64,000 nucleotides of DNA from Planctomycetota bacterium (lineage in GTDB: Bacteria > Planctomycetota > UBA1135 > UBA2386): the NCBI GenBank assembly GCA_965223545.1, contig OZ245006.1, positions 1,344,001 to 1,408,000 of the forward strand, written 5' to 3'. The notes below the pieces were generated by a model. That model was not told where the DNA came from and did no database searches. It saw nothing but the letters and a program-made list of their open reading frames with translations. The position numbers were made by a program, and so were the translations under genes. Below, piece after piece: positions 20,458 through 31,328 of the stretch; positions within the stretch are counted from its first letter, which is position 1; every line of letters starts with the position of its first letter.

Positions 20458-21425
20458 GGCAGCAGGCGGCGCACCTCGGGGCGGTCCATGTTGTCCGCGG
20501 TCACCAGCACTGCATCCGTGTGCACGGTCGACTCGACGGCCTCGCCGCGCAGGCTGCGCACGGCGTTCTGCACGGCCACCGAGCCCATGCCATCGGGATC
20601 CTGCACGACCAAGGCGGCGATCTCTCCCGCGCGCAAGGCAGCTACCAACGGCGGGGAGGCATCGAACCCGACCAGCACCACGTCGCCGAGCAGGCCCTCC
20701 TGCCGCAGCGCCAAGAGCATGCCCTGCGTCGAAGACTCGTTGGGGCAAAACACACCATCGGCCGCGCGCAGCGTGTCGATCATGTTGAGCGCGGCGGTCT
20801 TGGCCTCACCCGGAGTGGCGCCGGCATACCGGTTGTCGGAGAGCACCGCCAAGTCGGCATGGCGCTTCACAGCTGCGAGAAAGCCGCCCTCGCGCGCGTC
20901 GGTGCTGGCGGAACCGACCTGGTATCGCAGCATCACGACCCCACCCTCGCCACCGAGGCGGCGCGCCAGCTCGTCCCCCGCCAGCTGCCCACCGGCATGG
21001 TTGTCGGTGGCGACAAAGCTCTGGTAGTCGTCGCCGGCGACACCGTCGAGCGCCGAGTCGAAGATCACTACCGGAATGCCGGCGGCGCGCGCCTGCCGCA
21101 CCGGTCCGACCAGCGCCCGGTGGTCGAGCGGCGCCAGCACGAGGGCGTCCACCTCCTGGATGACGAAGTCCTGCACCAGCCGAATCTGGCCCGCGCGATC
21201 GTTCTCTACCAGAGGCCCCTTCCACAGCACGTCGACCCCGTGCTCCTCGGCGGCACGCCGCGCGCCGGCCTCGACGCTCTTCCAGAAAACGTGCGTCGTG
21301 CCCTTGGGAATCACGGCGATGCGCGCGCGGGCCGTCGCGTCACCGGCCGCATCACCACAGGCGAGCAGCGTGCCGATCGAGATCAGCAGCGCAATCACCA
21401 CGCGGCGTCTGCCGATCGAGCTCAC
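20454..21425 (-). CDS. Sugar ABC substrate-binding lipoprotein (RbsB-like)
   Basis: LLAC lipobox; IAVIPKGTTHVFWKSVEAGA; VVQDP..MG. Confidence 0.92.
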   Translation of the reverse strand: MSSIGRRRVVIALLISIGTLLACGDAAGDATARARIAVIPKGTTHVFWKSVEAGARRAAEEHGVDVLWKGPLVENDRAGQIRLVQDFVIQEVDALVLAPLDHRALVGPVRQARAAGIPVVIFDSALDGVAGDDYQSFVATDNHAGGQLAGDELARRLGGEGGVVMLRYQVGSASTDAREGGFLAAVKRHADLAVLSDNRYAGATPGEAKTAALNMIDTLRAADGVFCPNESSTQGMLLALRQEGLLGDVVLVGFDASPPLVAALRAGEIAALVVQDPDGMGSVAVQNAVRSLRGEAVESTVHTDAVLVTADNMDRPEVRRLLP

Positions 21426-21432
21426 CGCCGGT

Positions 21433-22020
21433 TCAACCGTGGTTCTGGTTGGCGAACTCCCAGTTGACCAGCGACCACCAGGCCTCCATGTACTTCGGGC
21501 GCGCGTTGCGGTAGTCGATGTAGTACGCGTGCTCCCAGACGTCGCAGGTCAACAGCGGCGTCTGGCCGGCCGTGGTGATCGGCGTATCCGCATTGGTGGT
21601 CTGCACGATCTCGAGGCCAGCGCCGGTCTTGACCAGCCACGCCCAGCCGCTGCCGAACAGATTGACCGCGGCGGTGTTGAACGCCTCCTTGAAGGCTTCG
21701 AACGAGCCCCACTTGTTGCCGATGGCATCGCCGACCGCGCCGCTCGGGGCTCCACCGCCATTGGGCGACAGCGAGTTCCAATAGAACGTGTGGTTCCAGA
21801 TCTGCGCCGCGTTGTTGAACACCCCGCCCGACGACGAACGCACCACGTCTTCCAGCGATTGCTCGGCAGCGGGGGTCCCGGCGACCAAGCCGTTGAGCTT
21901 GGTGACGTAGGTCGCGTGGTGCTTGCCGTAGTGAAAGGACAGCGTCTCCGCCGAGATGTGCGGGCTCAGCGCGTCCTGGGCGTAGGGAAGATCGGGCAGT
22001 TGGAAGGGTCCGTCGCTCAT
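21433..22020 (-). CDS. sodB: Superoxide dismutase (Fe-type signature)
   Basis: [32 protein letters not shown]. Confidence 0.95.
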   Translation of the reverse strand: MSDGPFQLPDLPYAQDALSPHISAETLSFHYGKHHATYVTKLNGLVAGTPAAEQSLEDVVRSSSGGVFNNAAQIWNHTFYWNSLSPNGGGAPSGAVGDAIGNKWGSFEAFKEAFNTAAVNLFGSGWAWLVKTGAGLEIVQTTNADTPITTAGQTPLLTCDVWEHAYYIDYRNARPKYMEAWWSLVNWEFANQNHG

Positions 22021-22131
22021 GGATGACTCGGGTTCGTCGTAAAGATCAGTCTCGACCGGCGACCGATCTTAGGCGCCGCCCCGCGCCAACTCCAGAAACG
22101 GCGCGCCGGCGGCCTGCTACCATGCCGGCGC

Positions 22132-23388
22132 ATGGCCCACCCCGCCGCGGCGACGCCGAGGCTGCCGTCGCTGGACGCGTTCCGCGGCATGACGGTCGCC
22201 GGCATGATCCTGGTCAACAACCCCGGCAGCTGGTCACACGTCTACGCACCCCTGCGCCACGCCGAGTGGCACGGCTGCACGCCGACGGACCTGGTCTTTC
22301 CGTTCTTCTTGTTCATCGCCGGTGCCGCGATCCCCTTGGCGCTCGGCGCGGCGCGCGGCCGCGGCGCCACCCGCGGCGTGCTCACCCTCCGCGCCCTGCG
22401 GCGCGCGCTGGTCCTGGTGGTCCTCGGCTGGGTGCTCGCGAGCCCGACGGCAAAGGGCTTCGGCCCCCTGTTCGCCGGACTCTTCGCGGCGTGCGCGCTG
22501 AGCGCGGTCATCACGGCGTGCACGCGGAAGTCGACGCGCCAGCTCCTGCTGGCCGCCGCCTGGGCGAGCCTCGGCCTGTGGCTGGTCGCCAGCGGTCCGC
22601 CGATTCGCATCCCGGGCGTCTTGCAGCGCATCGGGGTTTGCTACGGCCTCGCGGCGTGCGCCTACCTGTGGCTGCCGCGCCGGACGCTGCCGTGGTTGAC
22701 CGCCGCCCTCTTGGCCGGCTACTGGGCACTGCTCGTCTGGGTGCCGGTGCCCGGCCACGGCGCCGGCCTGCTCGACTCGAAGGCACACAACCTCGCGTCC
22801 TACCTCGACCGCTGGTTGCTCGAAGGCCACCTGTGGGTCGCCGGCGAGCGCGACCCCGAGGGCCCGCTCAGCACGCTCGGCGCGCTGGCGACCACCTTGC
22901 TGGGGATCAGCGTCGGCGCGCTGCTGCAACGCACACCGCCCGGCGCAGCCCTGCGTCCGTTGCTCGTGCGCGGCGTCGTGCTCGCCGCAGCCGGGGCCGC
23001 GGCAAGCCCCTGGCTACCGATCAACAAGCCGCTGTGGACCAGCTCCTACGCGTTGTGGACCGCCGGCCTCGCCACCGCTGCGCTGGCGGGGTTCCACCGT
23101 TGGCTCGACCGCGGCGAAGGCCATCGCGCCGGCCGAGGCGCCGGGCCGCTGCTGACGTTCGGTCTCAACCCGATCACCGTCTTCGTCGGCAGCGGGCTCG
23201 CGGCCCGCTCCGTGGCGCAGATCGAGGTGGGCGAGGGCGGGTCGGTGCGCCAAATATGGATGGACAGCGTCACCGGATGGGGCGTCTCACCACCCGGTGC
23301 CTCGCTCGCCTACGCGGCGACTTGGGTCGCCGCGTGGTACGTCGTGCTGCGCGCGCTGCAGGCGCGCGGAGTCGTCATCAAGGTTTGA
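22132..23388 (+). CDS. HGSNAT/NagX-like membrane acyltransferase family protein
   Basis: SLDAFRG, HAEWHG.TPTDLVFPFFLF, GVLQRIG, DPEG, PINKPLWTSSY. Confidence 0.9.
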   Translation: MAHPAAATPRLPSLDAFRGMTVAGMILVNNPGSWSHVYAPLRHAEWHGCTPTDLVFPFFLFIAGAAIPLALGAARGRGATRGVLTLRALRRALVLVVLGWVLASPTAKGFGPLFAGLFAACALSAVITACTRKSTRQLLLAAAWASLGLWLVASGPPIRIPGVLQRIGVCYGLAACAYLWLPRRTLPWLTAALLAGYWALLVWVPVPGHGAGLLDSKAHNLASYLDRWLLEGHLWVAGERDPEGPLSTLGALATTLLGISVGALLQRTPPGAALRPLLVRGVVLAAAGAAASPWLPINKPLWTSSYALWTAGLATAALAGFHRWLDRGEGHRAGRGAGPLLTFGLNPITVFVGSGLAARSVAQIEVGEGGSVRQIWMDSVTGWGVSPPGASLAYAATWVAAWYVVLRALQARGVVIKV

Positions 23389-23424
23389 GGGGTCGACCGC
23401 GCGAAGATTTGCGGACCCCGAGGC

Positions 23425-25026
23425 TCAGGTGATCTTCTCGACCCACTCGACGAACACCTCCTGGAGCTCCTCGTAGTCGACGCCCTCGAAGCCCTTCTCG
23501 ACGGCGGCCTCGAGGATTCGCTCGACCTTCTCCCGGTCCTCCCAGGAGTAGACCGTGACGCCGGGGATGCCCTCGACGCCCTCGCCTTGGTCGTCTTGCT
23601 CGTCGTCCTTGAGCCGCTTGAACGCGGCGACGTTCTCCTGCAAGTGCGCGAAGTAGCGGTCGGGGATGCCCTTCCACTCCGGCTTCCGCGCGACCTCGCG
23701 CAGGAAGTAGATCAGCGCCCACCCCTGGGCGTACTTGAGGCCGGCGTTGTTGTAGTACTCCCGCTGCGGCAGCCGCACCAAGCTGCGGATCGGAATCAAG
23801 CCGCGGTCGTAGGTCAGGTGGAGGCGCAAGAACTTGACGCGCCAGTCGAACGGCAGCGCCTTGACGCGGCGGCCGCGGATGACGTGACCCGCGAAGTAGT
23901 CGCCGTGCCCCTCGTTGAACCACGAGTGCGGCGCCAGATCCCCCACCGAGTAGTAGATGTACTGGTGGAACGCCTCGTGATACATCACCGCTTTGGTGAA
24001 CTCCTGACTGCTCTTCGAAGCCATCCCCTCGAAGTTGTCGAAGAGCACGAGCTCCTCGTGCTGTGAGCTCCAGTAGCCCGCCGAGCCCGACGGCCCCCCG
24101 TACGAATGGTACTCGTTGGGGTCGCTGAACACGCGCACCGTGCCGATGGCGGTGATCTCGTCCCTCGGCGGGAACCACTTCTCGTAGACCTCCTTGCGCA
24201 GGACCTCGACCTCCTTGGCCATGGTCTGGATGAACCGCCGCTTCTTGCTGTTGGTCAAGAAGACGTAGTTCTCGGTCTCGTGCGCCCACCATCCCGGGCT
24301 GCCGGCAATGGTCTCGGCGATCTGCGCCCGGCGCGCCTCTTTGGTCAGCTGCTCGTTCTCTTCCTTCTTGTCGAAGCTGAACGCCTCGACCGGCACTTCG
24401 CCCTCGAACACCTGGAACGTGCGGAGGCTCTGCTGGAAGACGGCCTGCCACTCCTTCTTGTAGTACTCCTCGAGCGCGATGTAGATGATGCCCCAGTCCG
24501 CGCCGTGGCTGGCAAACCGCCCCACGCAGATGAAATGGCGGCCGTGGGTGAACTCGAGCAGCTTGCCCTCGAGCTTGCCCTTGCCGCGCCCGGCGACGAT
24601 GTCGACCGGCACGTAGCGGCCCTCGGCCTCGAACGCGATGTCGAGGAACTCATCGAGGTTGTCGGCGTCCTTCGGCATGAACTTGCGCCGGCGCCGCTCC
24701 TCCTCGCGCTTCTTCTTGTACTCGGCCGCCTTCTCGCCGGTGACCGTCTGCGCCTGCGGGTAGCGGATGATCATCACTTCGGCACCGTAGGCGCCGATGT
24801 CGCCCTTGCGCCGTGCCTCGGCGATGTCGGGCTGCCACGTGCCGACCATCATCGGCATGTCCGGCGGGATCATGCCCGACTTCCAGTCCTTGGGTAGATG
24901 CAGGCTGTAGCCGTAGCGCTTGATGGTCTCGCGGCGCTTGCTCAGCTCGCGCTCGATCGGAGGCGCGGGACTGAAGGCGACCAAGAACGCTGCGCCGAGA
25001 ACGGGAATCGCAAGGCGGTTACGCAT
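23425..25026 (-). CDS. Secreted DUF1570-like zincin metallopeptidase
   Basis: Signal peptide; YHEAFHQY, WFNEG, YAQGWALIYFL. Confidence 0.8.
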   Translation of the reverse strand: MRNRLAIPVLGAAFLVAFSPAPPIERELSKRRETIKRYGYSLHLPKDWKSGMIPPDMPMMVGTWQPDIAEARRKGDIGAYGAEVMIIRYPQAQTVTGEKAAEYKKKREEERRRRKFMPKDADNLDEFLDIAFEAEGRYVPVDIVAGRGKGKLEGKLLEFTHGRHFICVGRFASHGADWGIIYIALEEYYKKEWQAVFQQSLRTFQVFEGEVPVEAFSFDKKEENEQLTKEARRAQIAETIAGSPGWWAHETENYVFLTNSKKRRFIQTMAKEVEVLRKEVYEKWFPPRDEITAIGTVRVFSDPNEYHSYGGPSGSAGYWSSQHEELVLFDNFEGMASKSSQEFTKAVMYHEAFHQYIYYSVGDLAPHSWFNEGHGDYFAGHVIRGRRVKALPFDWRVKFLRLHLTYDRGLIPIRSLVRLPQREYYNNAGLKYAQGWALIYFLREVARKPEWKGIPDRYFAHLQENVAAFKRLKDDEQDDQGEGVEGIPGVTVYSWEDREKVERILEAAVEKGFEGVDYEELQEVFVEWVEKIT

Positions 25027-25150
25027 TCGTATTATCCGTAAGCAGAAGGAAGAGAGAGTCCGTGGGGCAGGCTCCACCCAACCGGTCTCCCCGACGCACG
25101 GGCGAGGCTCACCTCGTCGCCCGCACCTCGGTCGGATAACGTCTCCACAC

Positions 25151-27493
25151 ATGGATCGACCCGAGGACCCCGGAGGGTTGTTCAAACGGCGGATTAGAAG
25201 CTACCACAGGAGAGCCATCACCACCATCCTGGCCGCCGCGACAGTCGGTGCCCAACCCCCGCAGCCAGCGGCAGATGGCCTCGATCCGCTGCGCGCCGAG
25301 CGCGACGCCCTGGCCGAGGCACTGCGCCGCTCGGAGGGTCTGCGGATGCTCGCCGAGGCCGAGCTGGCCCTGCCGCGCGACGCCGCTGCGGCCCTCGCAC
25401 TCGCCCGCCGGGGTGCGGAAAAACAACCGGGACCGCGCGCCCAGCGCGTGTTGCAAATGTGTCTCGACGGCCAGCACCTGCTGGCCGAAGCCCGGCGCAG
25501 CGACGGGGCCCTGCGCAGCGTCGCGTGGGCACGCACGGGGGCAGCGATTCTGTGTGGGGACGATGGCACCGCTTTCGTCTGGTCACCGGCGGACGGCGTC
25601 GCCGCCGCCGCGGTGCTCGACGCCGCCCTGACGACCGGCCGGCGCGCGCGCCACGCCTGCTCCGCCGGCGCCAGCGACGAGCTCATCCTGATCGCCGGCA
25701 CCGACCGCTGGATGGGCACCCAGCTCTGGTCCGCCGGCGACGACGCGCCGCGCGCCACCCTGGTGGGCGCGCAGCACGCCACGGTCTCGCCCGACGGCGC
25801 GCGGATCGCCGCCGTCACGGCGGGCGGCGACATCACCATCTTCGCCGCCGCCGACGGCGCAGAGCTGCACGTCGCGGCAATCGGTCGACCGCTGTCGGCG
25901 CTGGCGTGGCTGCCGGACGGCGGGCTGTGGGCCGGCACCGAGGACGGTCGACTGATCCGTTGCTCTGCGGAGGGTGCGGTCCTCGCCGAGTGGCGCGGCC
26001 ACGAACGCGCGGTGCGCTGCATCGCGTTCAGCGCCGGCGGCCAGGTCGCGATCACCGGCGGCGACGCCGGGCGCGCCGTGGTCTGGAACGTCCCCGAGCG
26101 CCGCCACACCGCGGTCCTCGCGCCGCACGGCCAGCCGGTGCTGCGCGCGGCGCTGGCCGCGGAGGGCACGCGTGCGCTGACGCTGGCCGGCCCCCCCGGC
26201 GTCGATCGCCTGCGCCGCGCGCGCGTGTGGGACACCGCCGCTGCAGTGTCCATCGAGGACGACGGCGCCCTGTGCCTCGGCGCCGCGATCACCGCCGACG
26301 GCACGCAGCTGGCGACTTGGGGTGAGGCCGGGACGCTCCGGTTGACCGAGCTCGACACGGGCGAGCGCACCGTCCTGCCGGGTCATCGCGGCCGCGTACT
26401 GGACGCAGCCTTCGAGCGGAACGGACAACGCCTGCTCAGCGTCGACGAGCACGGCACCGCACGGCTGTGGTCGGTGCGATCGGGCCTGGAGCGGCGCCGC
26501 TGGCAGGCCCACGACCAGCGGATCGTCGACCTGGCCTATGCCGGAGACGGCTCGCGGCTGGCGACCGCCTCCAGCGACCACACCGCCGTCGTGTGGCCGG
26601 CCCGGGCACCGCGAGACCCGGTCGTGCTGAACGGTCACACCGCGTCGCTCACCGCGATCGCGTTCGCGCCAGCGGGCGACCGGCTGCTGACCGGCGGGAT
26701 GGACGAGTCGGCCAGCGTGTGGGACCCGGCGACCGGTGACGAGCTGGCACTGCTCAACGAGCACGACGAGATGGTGACCCGCGTGGCGTTCGCGGCGGAC
26801 GGCGACACCGCGGCGACCGCGTCGACCGACGGCACCATCCGCCTCTGGCACGGCCGGGGACGCCCCGGGGCCGTCCTCGAGCACGCCGACGCAGTCCTCG
26901 CCTTGGCCTTCGCCAAGGGCGGCGGGCGGCTGGCGAGTGCGACCGAGGGCGGGGCCATCCACCTCTGGGACGTCGAGGCGACGACCTCCATCGCCCTCCT
27001 CGCCAGCGCGGACCATGCCGCGGTGGCGGTGGCGTTCGCCGCCGATGACGCGATGGTGTGGTCCCTGCACGAAGACCACCGCGTACGCGCCCTGCCCACC
27101 GCCACCGCCGCCGCCTCGGCCCAGGGGCAGCGCCCCGCGCGGCCGCGGGGCCAACCGCTCGAGCGGCTGCGCGCGCTGCCCGACGGCGGCGTGCTGAGCG
27201 CGGACGGCCGCGCGCTGTTCCGCTGGCGGGCGAACCTCTCGGAGCCGACGGCCGAGTTCGTCCTCGACGGCGACCCCAGCCCCTTGGCATTCGACGTCAG
27301 CGCCGACGGCACCCGCTTGGCAGCGGCTTACGACGACGGCAGCGTCGCCGTGTGGGACCTGACCGACAACACCCTGCACGCTCACCACGGCCCGTACGCC
27401 GCGCGCGTCACCGCGCTCGCGTTCGGCCCGAGCCGCCGATTCGCGACCGGCACCGAGCGCGGAGAGGTCTGGCTCTGGGACACCGACCTCTGA
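25151..27493 (+). CDS. WD40-repeat protein
   Basis: Repeated GH...W[DS] units (e.g. GHTASLTAIAFAP..LLTGGMDESASVWD); start uncertain. Confidence 0.85.
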   Translation: MDRPEDPGGLFKRRIRSYHRRAITTILAAATVGAQPPQPAADGLDPLRAERDALAEALRRSEGLRMLAEAELALPRDAAAALALARRGAEKQPGPRAQRVLQMCLDGQHLLAEARRSDGALRSVAWARTGAAILCGDDGTAFVWSPADGVAAAAVLDAALTTGRRARHACSAGASDELILIAGTDRWMGTQLWSAGDDAPRATLVGAQHATVSPDGARIAAVTAGGDITIFAAADGAELHVAAIGRPLSALAWLPDGGLWAGTEDGRLIRCSAEGAVLAEWRGHERAVRCIAFSAGGQVAITGGDAGRAVVWNVPERRHTAVLAPHGQPVLRAALAAEGTRALTLAGPPGVDRLRRARVWDTAAAVSIEDDGALCLGAAITADGTQLATWGEAGTLRLTELDTGERTVLPGHRGRVLDAAFERNGQRLLSVDEHGTARLWSVRSGLERRRWQAHDQRIVDLAYAGDGSRLATASSDHTAVVWPARAPRDPVVLNGHTASLTAIAFAPAGDRLLTGGMDESASVWDPATGDELALLNEHDEMVTRVAFAADGDTAATASTDGTIRLWHGRGRPGAVLEHADAVLALAFAKGGGRLASATEGGAIHLWDVEATTSIALLASADHAAVAVAFAADDAMVWSLHEDHRVRALPTATAAASAQGQRPARPRGQPLERLRALPDGGVLSADGRALFRWRANLSEPTAEFVLDGDPSPLAFDVSADGTRLAAAYDDGSVAVWDLTDNTLHAHHGPYAARVTALAFGPSRRFATGTERGEVWLWDTDL

Positions 27494-27503
27494 GCGTCTG
27501 CGC

Positions 27504-28424
27504 TCAGCGCACTTCCTGGGGAAGGGCGAACTCGATCGTCTCGCGCACGCCATCCACTTCTTCGACGGTGTCGGCACCGAGCTGGCGCAACCTCTCGACG
27601 ACCCTGCGCACACTGATCTCGGGCGTCGAGGCACCGGAAGTCACGCCCAGCGCGCGCACGCCATCGAGCCATTCGGGTTGGATCTCGTCGGCGGCGAGGA
27701 CCAAGTAGGCGGGCTTGCCATCGCTGGCGCCGAGCTCGCGCAACCGGTTGCTGTTGGAGCTGGTGCGATCGCCGATCACGAACCAAGCGTCGACGTCCGG
27801 TTGGAGCTTCTTGACCGCCATCTGCCGGTTGGTCGTGGCGTAGCAGATGTCCTCCTTGCGAGGGGTCACGAGCTCGGGGAAGCGGCGGCGCAGGACGACC
27901 AGCGTCTTCTCGGCCTCGTCGACACTGAGCGTGGTCTGCGTCAGGACCGCCACGCGCCCAGGATCGGGCACCGCAACCTGCTCGGCCTCGGCGGGCGAGG
28001 CGACGACGATGGTCCGATCGGGCGCCTCGCCGACCACGCCAATCACCTCGACGTGGTCGCGATGCCCGACCAGCAGGATGGTGTAGCCCTGCGCCGCGAA
28101 GGTCCGCGCCTCGACGTGCACCTTGGTCACCAGCGGACACGTCGCGTCGATCGACATGAGCTGCAGGCTCTTGGCCTCGGCAAACACGTCGGGACCGACG
28201 CCGTGCGCGGAGAAGATCACGCGCGCCCCGGCCGGCACCTCGTCGAGCTCGTCGACGAAGACGGCACCCGCCGCCGCCAAATCCTCCACAACCACCCGGT
28301 TGTGGACGATCTCATGGCGGACGTAGATCGGTGGGCCGAATTTGTCCAGGGCCCGCCGCACGACCTCGATGGCGCGCTCGACACCGGCGCAAAAACCGCG
28401 CGGGCGGCTCAGGTAGACCTTCAT
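27504..28424 (-). CDS. ispH: 4-hydroxy-3-methylbut-2-enyl diphosphate reductase
   Basis: PRGFCAGV, IVHN, DATCPLV, DICYAT, SSNS, GASTPE. Confidence 0.97.
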   Translation of the reverse strand: MKVYLSRPRGFCAGVERAIEVVRRALDKFGPPIYVRHEIVHNRVVVEDLAAAGAVFVDELDEVPAGARVIFSAHGVGPDVFAEAKSLQLMSIDATCPLVTKVHVEARTFAAQGYTILLVGHRDHVEVIGVVGEAPDRTIVVASPAEAEQVAVPDPGRVAVLTQTTLSVDEAEKTLVVLRRRFPELVTPRKEDICYATTNRQMAVKKLQPDVDAWFVIGDRTSSNSNRLRELGASDGKPAYLVLAADEIQPEWLDGVRALGVTSGASTPEISVRRVVERLRQLGADTVEEVDGVRETIEFALPQEVR

Positions 28425-28487
28425 CGCTCCATGCTCGGCCCCCCGACGGCGGCGGGCAAGGGAGTCCCCGCTGGGATTCGACAGAGC

Positions 28488-28516
28488 TTGACTCCCGGCC
28501 ACGGCGGCCCTATCTC
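28488..28516 (+). promoter_or_regulatory. Possible sigma70-type promoter for bolA-grxD
   Basis: TTGACT-17 nt-TATCTC ending 12 nt before the bolA ATG. Confidence 0.35.
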
Positions 28517-28528
28517 CCCACACCCGCC

Positions 28529-28759
28529 ATGTTGAGCACTGTCGACGTCAAGCGCCTGATCGAAGAGGGCATCCCAGGGGCCGTGGCCGAGGTCGAGGAT
28601 CTCACTGGCACGTCGGACCACTTCGCGGTGACCGTCAGCGCCACGGCATTCGCCGGGCGGAGCCGGATCGAACAACACAAGATGGTGCACGCCGCCCTGG
28701 GCGAGCACCTGACCACGACCATCCACGCCGTTCAGATCAAGACCATCGTCCCGGAGTGA
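28529..28759 (+). CDS. bolA: BolA family protein
   Basis: DHF.V.V.A.AFAG.SRIEQHKMV...IHAVQIKT. Confidence 0.92.
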   Translation: MLSTVDVKRLIEEGIPGAVAEVEDLTGTSDHFAVTVSATAFAGRSRIEQHKMVHAALGEHLTTTIHAVQIKTIVPE

Positions 28760-28762
28760 CCC

Positions 28763-29080
28763 ATGTGGACCAAAGATGACATTGCCAAGGCCGTCAGCAG
28801 CCACAAGATCCTGGTGTTCGGCAAGGGCACCAAGGAGCAGCCGATGTGCGGCTTTACCCACCGTGCCATCGCGATCATGGAGCGCGTCGGCAAGCCGTTC
28901 GAAGTGATCAACATCTTCGACGACGCCTCGATCCGGCCGGCGCTGGTCGAGTTCAGCGACTGGCCGACGACACCGCAGGTTTTCGTCGGCGGCGAGTTCC
29001 TCGGCGGCTCCGATACGGCGCTGGAGCTGTTCGAGTCGGGCGAGCTGCAGAAGAAGGTCGAGTCGGTCTTCGCCTCCTGA
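28763..29080 (+). CDS. grxD: Monothiol glutaredoxin (Grx4-type, CGFT)
   Basis: KGTKEQPMCGFT, WPTTPQVFVGGEFLGGSD; adjacent to bolA. Confidence 0.92.
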   Translation: MWTKDDIAKAVSSHKILVFGKGTKEQPMCGFTHRAIAIMERVGKPFEVINIFDDASIRPALVEFSDWPTTPQVFVGGEFLGGSDTALELFESGELQKKVESVFAS

Positions 29081-29216
29081 CCGGACGGCGCGGCGCCGCG
29101 TGTCTCGATCCGAGATCGCGCGCCTCAAGGAGCGTGTCCCGCGTCCCGACAACTCGAGCGCGGCCCCACGGGTAAAGAGCCCGCGGGGCGCTCGACAACG
29201 ACAACGGGGAACTGAC

Positions 29217-30611
29217 ATGCACCTGGAGAAACTCGCGGCTCCGCCTCCGGAGCAGACCGCCCAGCAGCGGTACGCCTCGCTTCATCGTGCCCTCGAGAAG
29301 GGCATGGCCACCGATGTGACCTGGGCACAGCTGTGCGCCGTCTGCATCAAGCTCAACCGCCTCGACGAGGCGCTGAACGCCTATCATCGCGTGCAGAACG
29401 TCCGCGAGCGCCGCTCGCTGCGTCATGACCTGACCCGCCGCGGAGTGCAGGTCGCCGAGGTTCCTGTGCAGGTGCGGCTGGCGACCGACGAATCGCAGTC
29501 ACCGGTGCGCGACGCCTTCGAGGACGCCGTCCACTTCTTGGCCAACGATCATATGCCGGTCACGCTGATGGCGTTGACCGCGGTGTTCCCGCTCGTCGTC
29601 GGCGCGGGTGGCTTGATGATGCGCGGTAATCCTACTGCACTGGTCGCGGTCGTCGCGATCCCGGCGCTGCTGGTGACGGCGCTGCTGTTCGCGCTGATGC
29701 GCAACGTGATGATCCAGGCCGCCGACGGCATCGACGACGCGCCGCGCATTCCGCGGGCCCGCAACTTCCTGCCCGATGCCGGTCGCATGCTGCGCGACGT
29801 CGTGACCGCCGCCGCCGCCACGATCGGACCGCTGCTGATCGCATCGCTCTGCGGCGCACCCTCCAGCTTGCAGTTGGTCCTGTTCCTCTACGCCCTGGTG
29901 TTCACCCCGTTGGCCGTCGCCACCCGCACGGTGCACCAATCCTGGCGGGCGCTGGCGCCGCACAACATCCTGCTGGCAGCGGTCCACACCCGACAGACCT
30001 ACTTCGCCATCGGCGCGGCCGCGACCCTGCTGCTCGCGCCGGGCGCGATCTGCTGGCTGGTGGCACCCACCGAGTCGATGGTACTGCGTCTCGCGCTGGT
30101 CGGCCCACTGGCCACCGCGCCGCTGATCGTCGCCGCGCGCCTGCTCGGCACCTACACCAACCTGAACCAGAACGAGCTGCTGACGCTGCTGCACGACCGC
30201 GGCCAGCCGGCGCCCGCCCAACGCGCGCCGCAACGGCCCGCTGCCCAAGCCAAGCCCGCCCCGCGTCGCGCCAAGGCCCGCAACACGCCGCCGCGGCTGC
30301 CCGAGGATCCGCGCCGCAAGAAGCCGACCACCAAGAACCAAAGCCGCCCGCACGCCCCTGCGCAGCGCGGCCGGCAGCGCCGCAGCGCGCACGGCCCGCA
30401 GACCCCCTACGCGCAGCGCGCGGTGCGCGGTCCCGCCGACCGGCCGGCTCCCAGTCAGCGCGTGCGCCGCGGGCCCGCGCCACGGCGCCCCGCGCGCCCG
30501 TCCCAGACGCCGCCGACCAACCGCCCGACGCCGCCGCTGCGGCCAACGCGCCGCGGCGATCATCCGCGGTCTGCCCGCACCGCCACGCCGCGGCTGCGCA
30601 CCCGCCGCTGA
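29217..30611 (+). CDS. Hypothetical membrane protein with basic low-complexity tail
   Basis: TPR-like N-terminus, about six TM segments, R/P-rich C-terminus. Confidence 0.7.
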   Translation: MHLEKLAAPPPEQTAQQRYASLHRALEKGMATDVTWAQLCAVCIKLNRLDEALNAYHRVQNVRERRSLRHDLTRRGVQVAEVPVQVRLATDESQSPVRDAFEDAVHFLANDHMPVTLMALTAVFPLVVGAGGLMMRGNPTALVAVVAIPALLVTALLFALMRNVMIQAADGIDDAPRIPRARNFLPDAGRMLRDVVTAAAATIGPLLIASLCGAPSSLQLVLFLYALVFTPLAVATRTVHQSWRALAPHNILLAAVHTRQTYFAIGAAATLLLAPGAICWLVAPTESMVLRLALVGPLATAPLIVAARLLGTYTNLNQNELLTLLHDRGQPAPAQRAPQRPAAQAKPAPRRAKARNTPPRLPEDPRRKKPTTKNQSRPHAPAQRGRQRRSAHGPQTPYAQRAVRGPADRPAPSQRVRRGPAPRRPARPSQTPPTNRPTPPLRPTRRGDHPRSARTATPRLRTRR

Positions 30612-30638
30612 CCGCGGTCGGGGCGCGGTCTGTTGGCC

Positions 30639-31328
30639 TCACGCCGGCGGCGGCCGCTGGCCGTCGTCGGCAGCGAGGTGGCGCCGGCACCACGCCGTGC
30701 CGAGATAGAACAACGGCGTGTCGGCGGCAGCGCACAGCACCTTGAACATCCAGCCGTCGATGATCGCGCTGACGATGCGATCCGCCGGCCAGTTCGGGTC
30801 GTCGACGAAGAGAATCGTCACCACCAACGTGGTGTCGACCAGCTGAGACAGCACGGTCGACGCGTTGTTGCGCAGCCACAGATGCCGGCCGTTCGTCAGC
30901 CGCCGCCAGAAGTGGAACAGCCGGATGTCGACCAGCTGCGCCACCAGGTAGGCCACCATCGACGCGGCGATCACCCGCCACGCGTTGCCGAACACGGCCT
31001 CGTAGGTCGCGTCATCGACCGGGCTGCCCGCGATGGCGTCGGCACGGCTGCCGAGCCACACCACTCCCAACACGAAGACCGAGGCGACGAAGCCGATCCA
31101 GACGGCGCGGTTGGCGCGGCGACGGCCGTAGACCTCGGACAGGAGATCCGTGATCAAGAACGTCACCGGGTAGGGCAGCACTCCCGCCGACAGCACGAAC
31201 TCGCGGAAGCCGAGATCGACGGTGACGAACTTCTGCGCGATCAGGTTGCAGACCACGAGCGCCGCAACGAACAGCCCGACGAGCAGGAGGAGGAGTCCGT
31301 CGCGGCGCGGAATCGGCGCGTCCAGCAC
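30639..31328 (-). CDS. Queuosine precursor transporter (YhhQ/Vut_1 family)
   Basis: PVTFLITDLLSEVYG, AYLVAQLVDI, LWLRNNAST..SQLVDT, DTPLFY. Confidence 0.92.
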   Translation of the reverse strand: MLDAPIPRRDGLLLLLVGLFVAALVVCNLIAQKFVTVDLGFREFVLSAGVLPYPVTFLITDLLSEVYGRRRANRAVWIGFVASVFVLGVVWLGSRADAIAGSPVDDATYEAVFGNAWRVIAASMVAYLVAQLVDIRLFHFWRRLTNGRHLWLRNNASTVLSQLVDTTLVVTILFVDDPNWPADRIVSAIIDGWMFKVLCAAADTPLFYLGTAWCRRHLAADDGQRPPPA

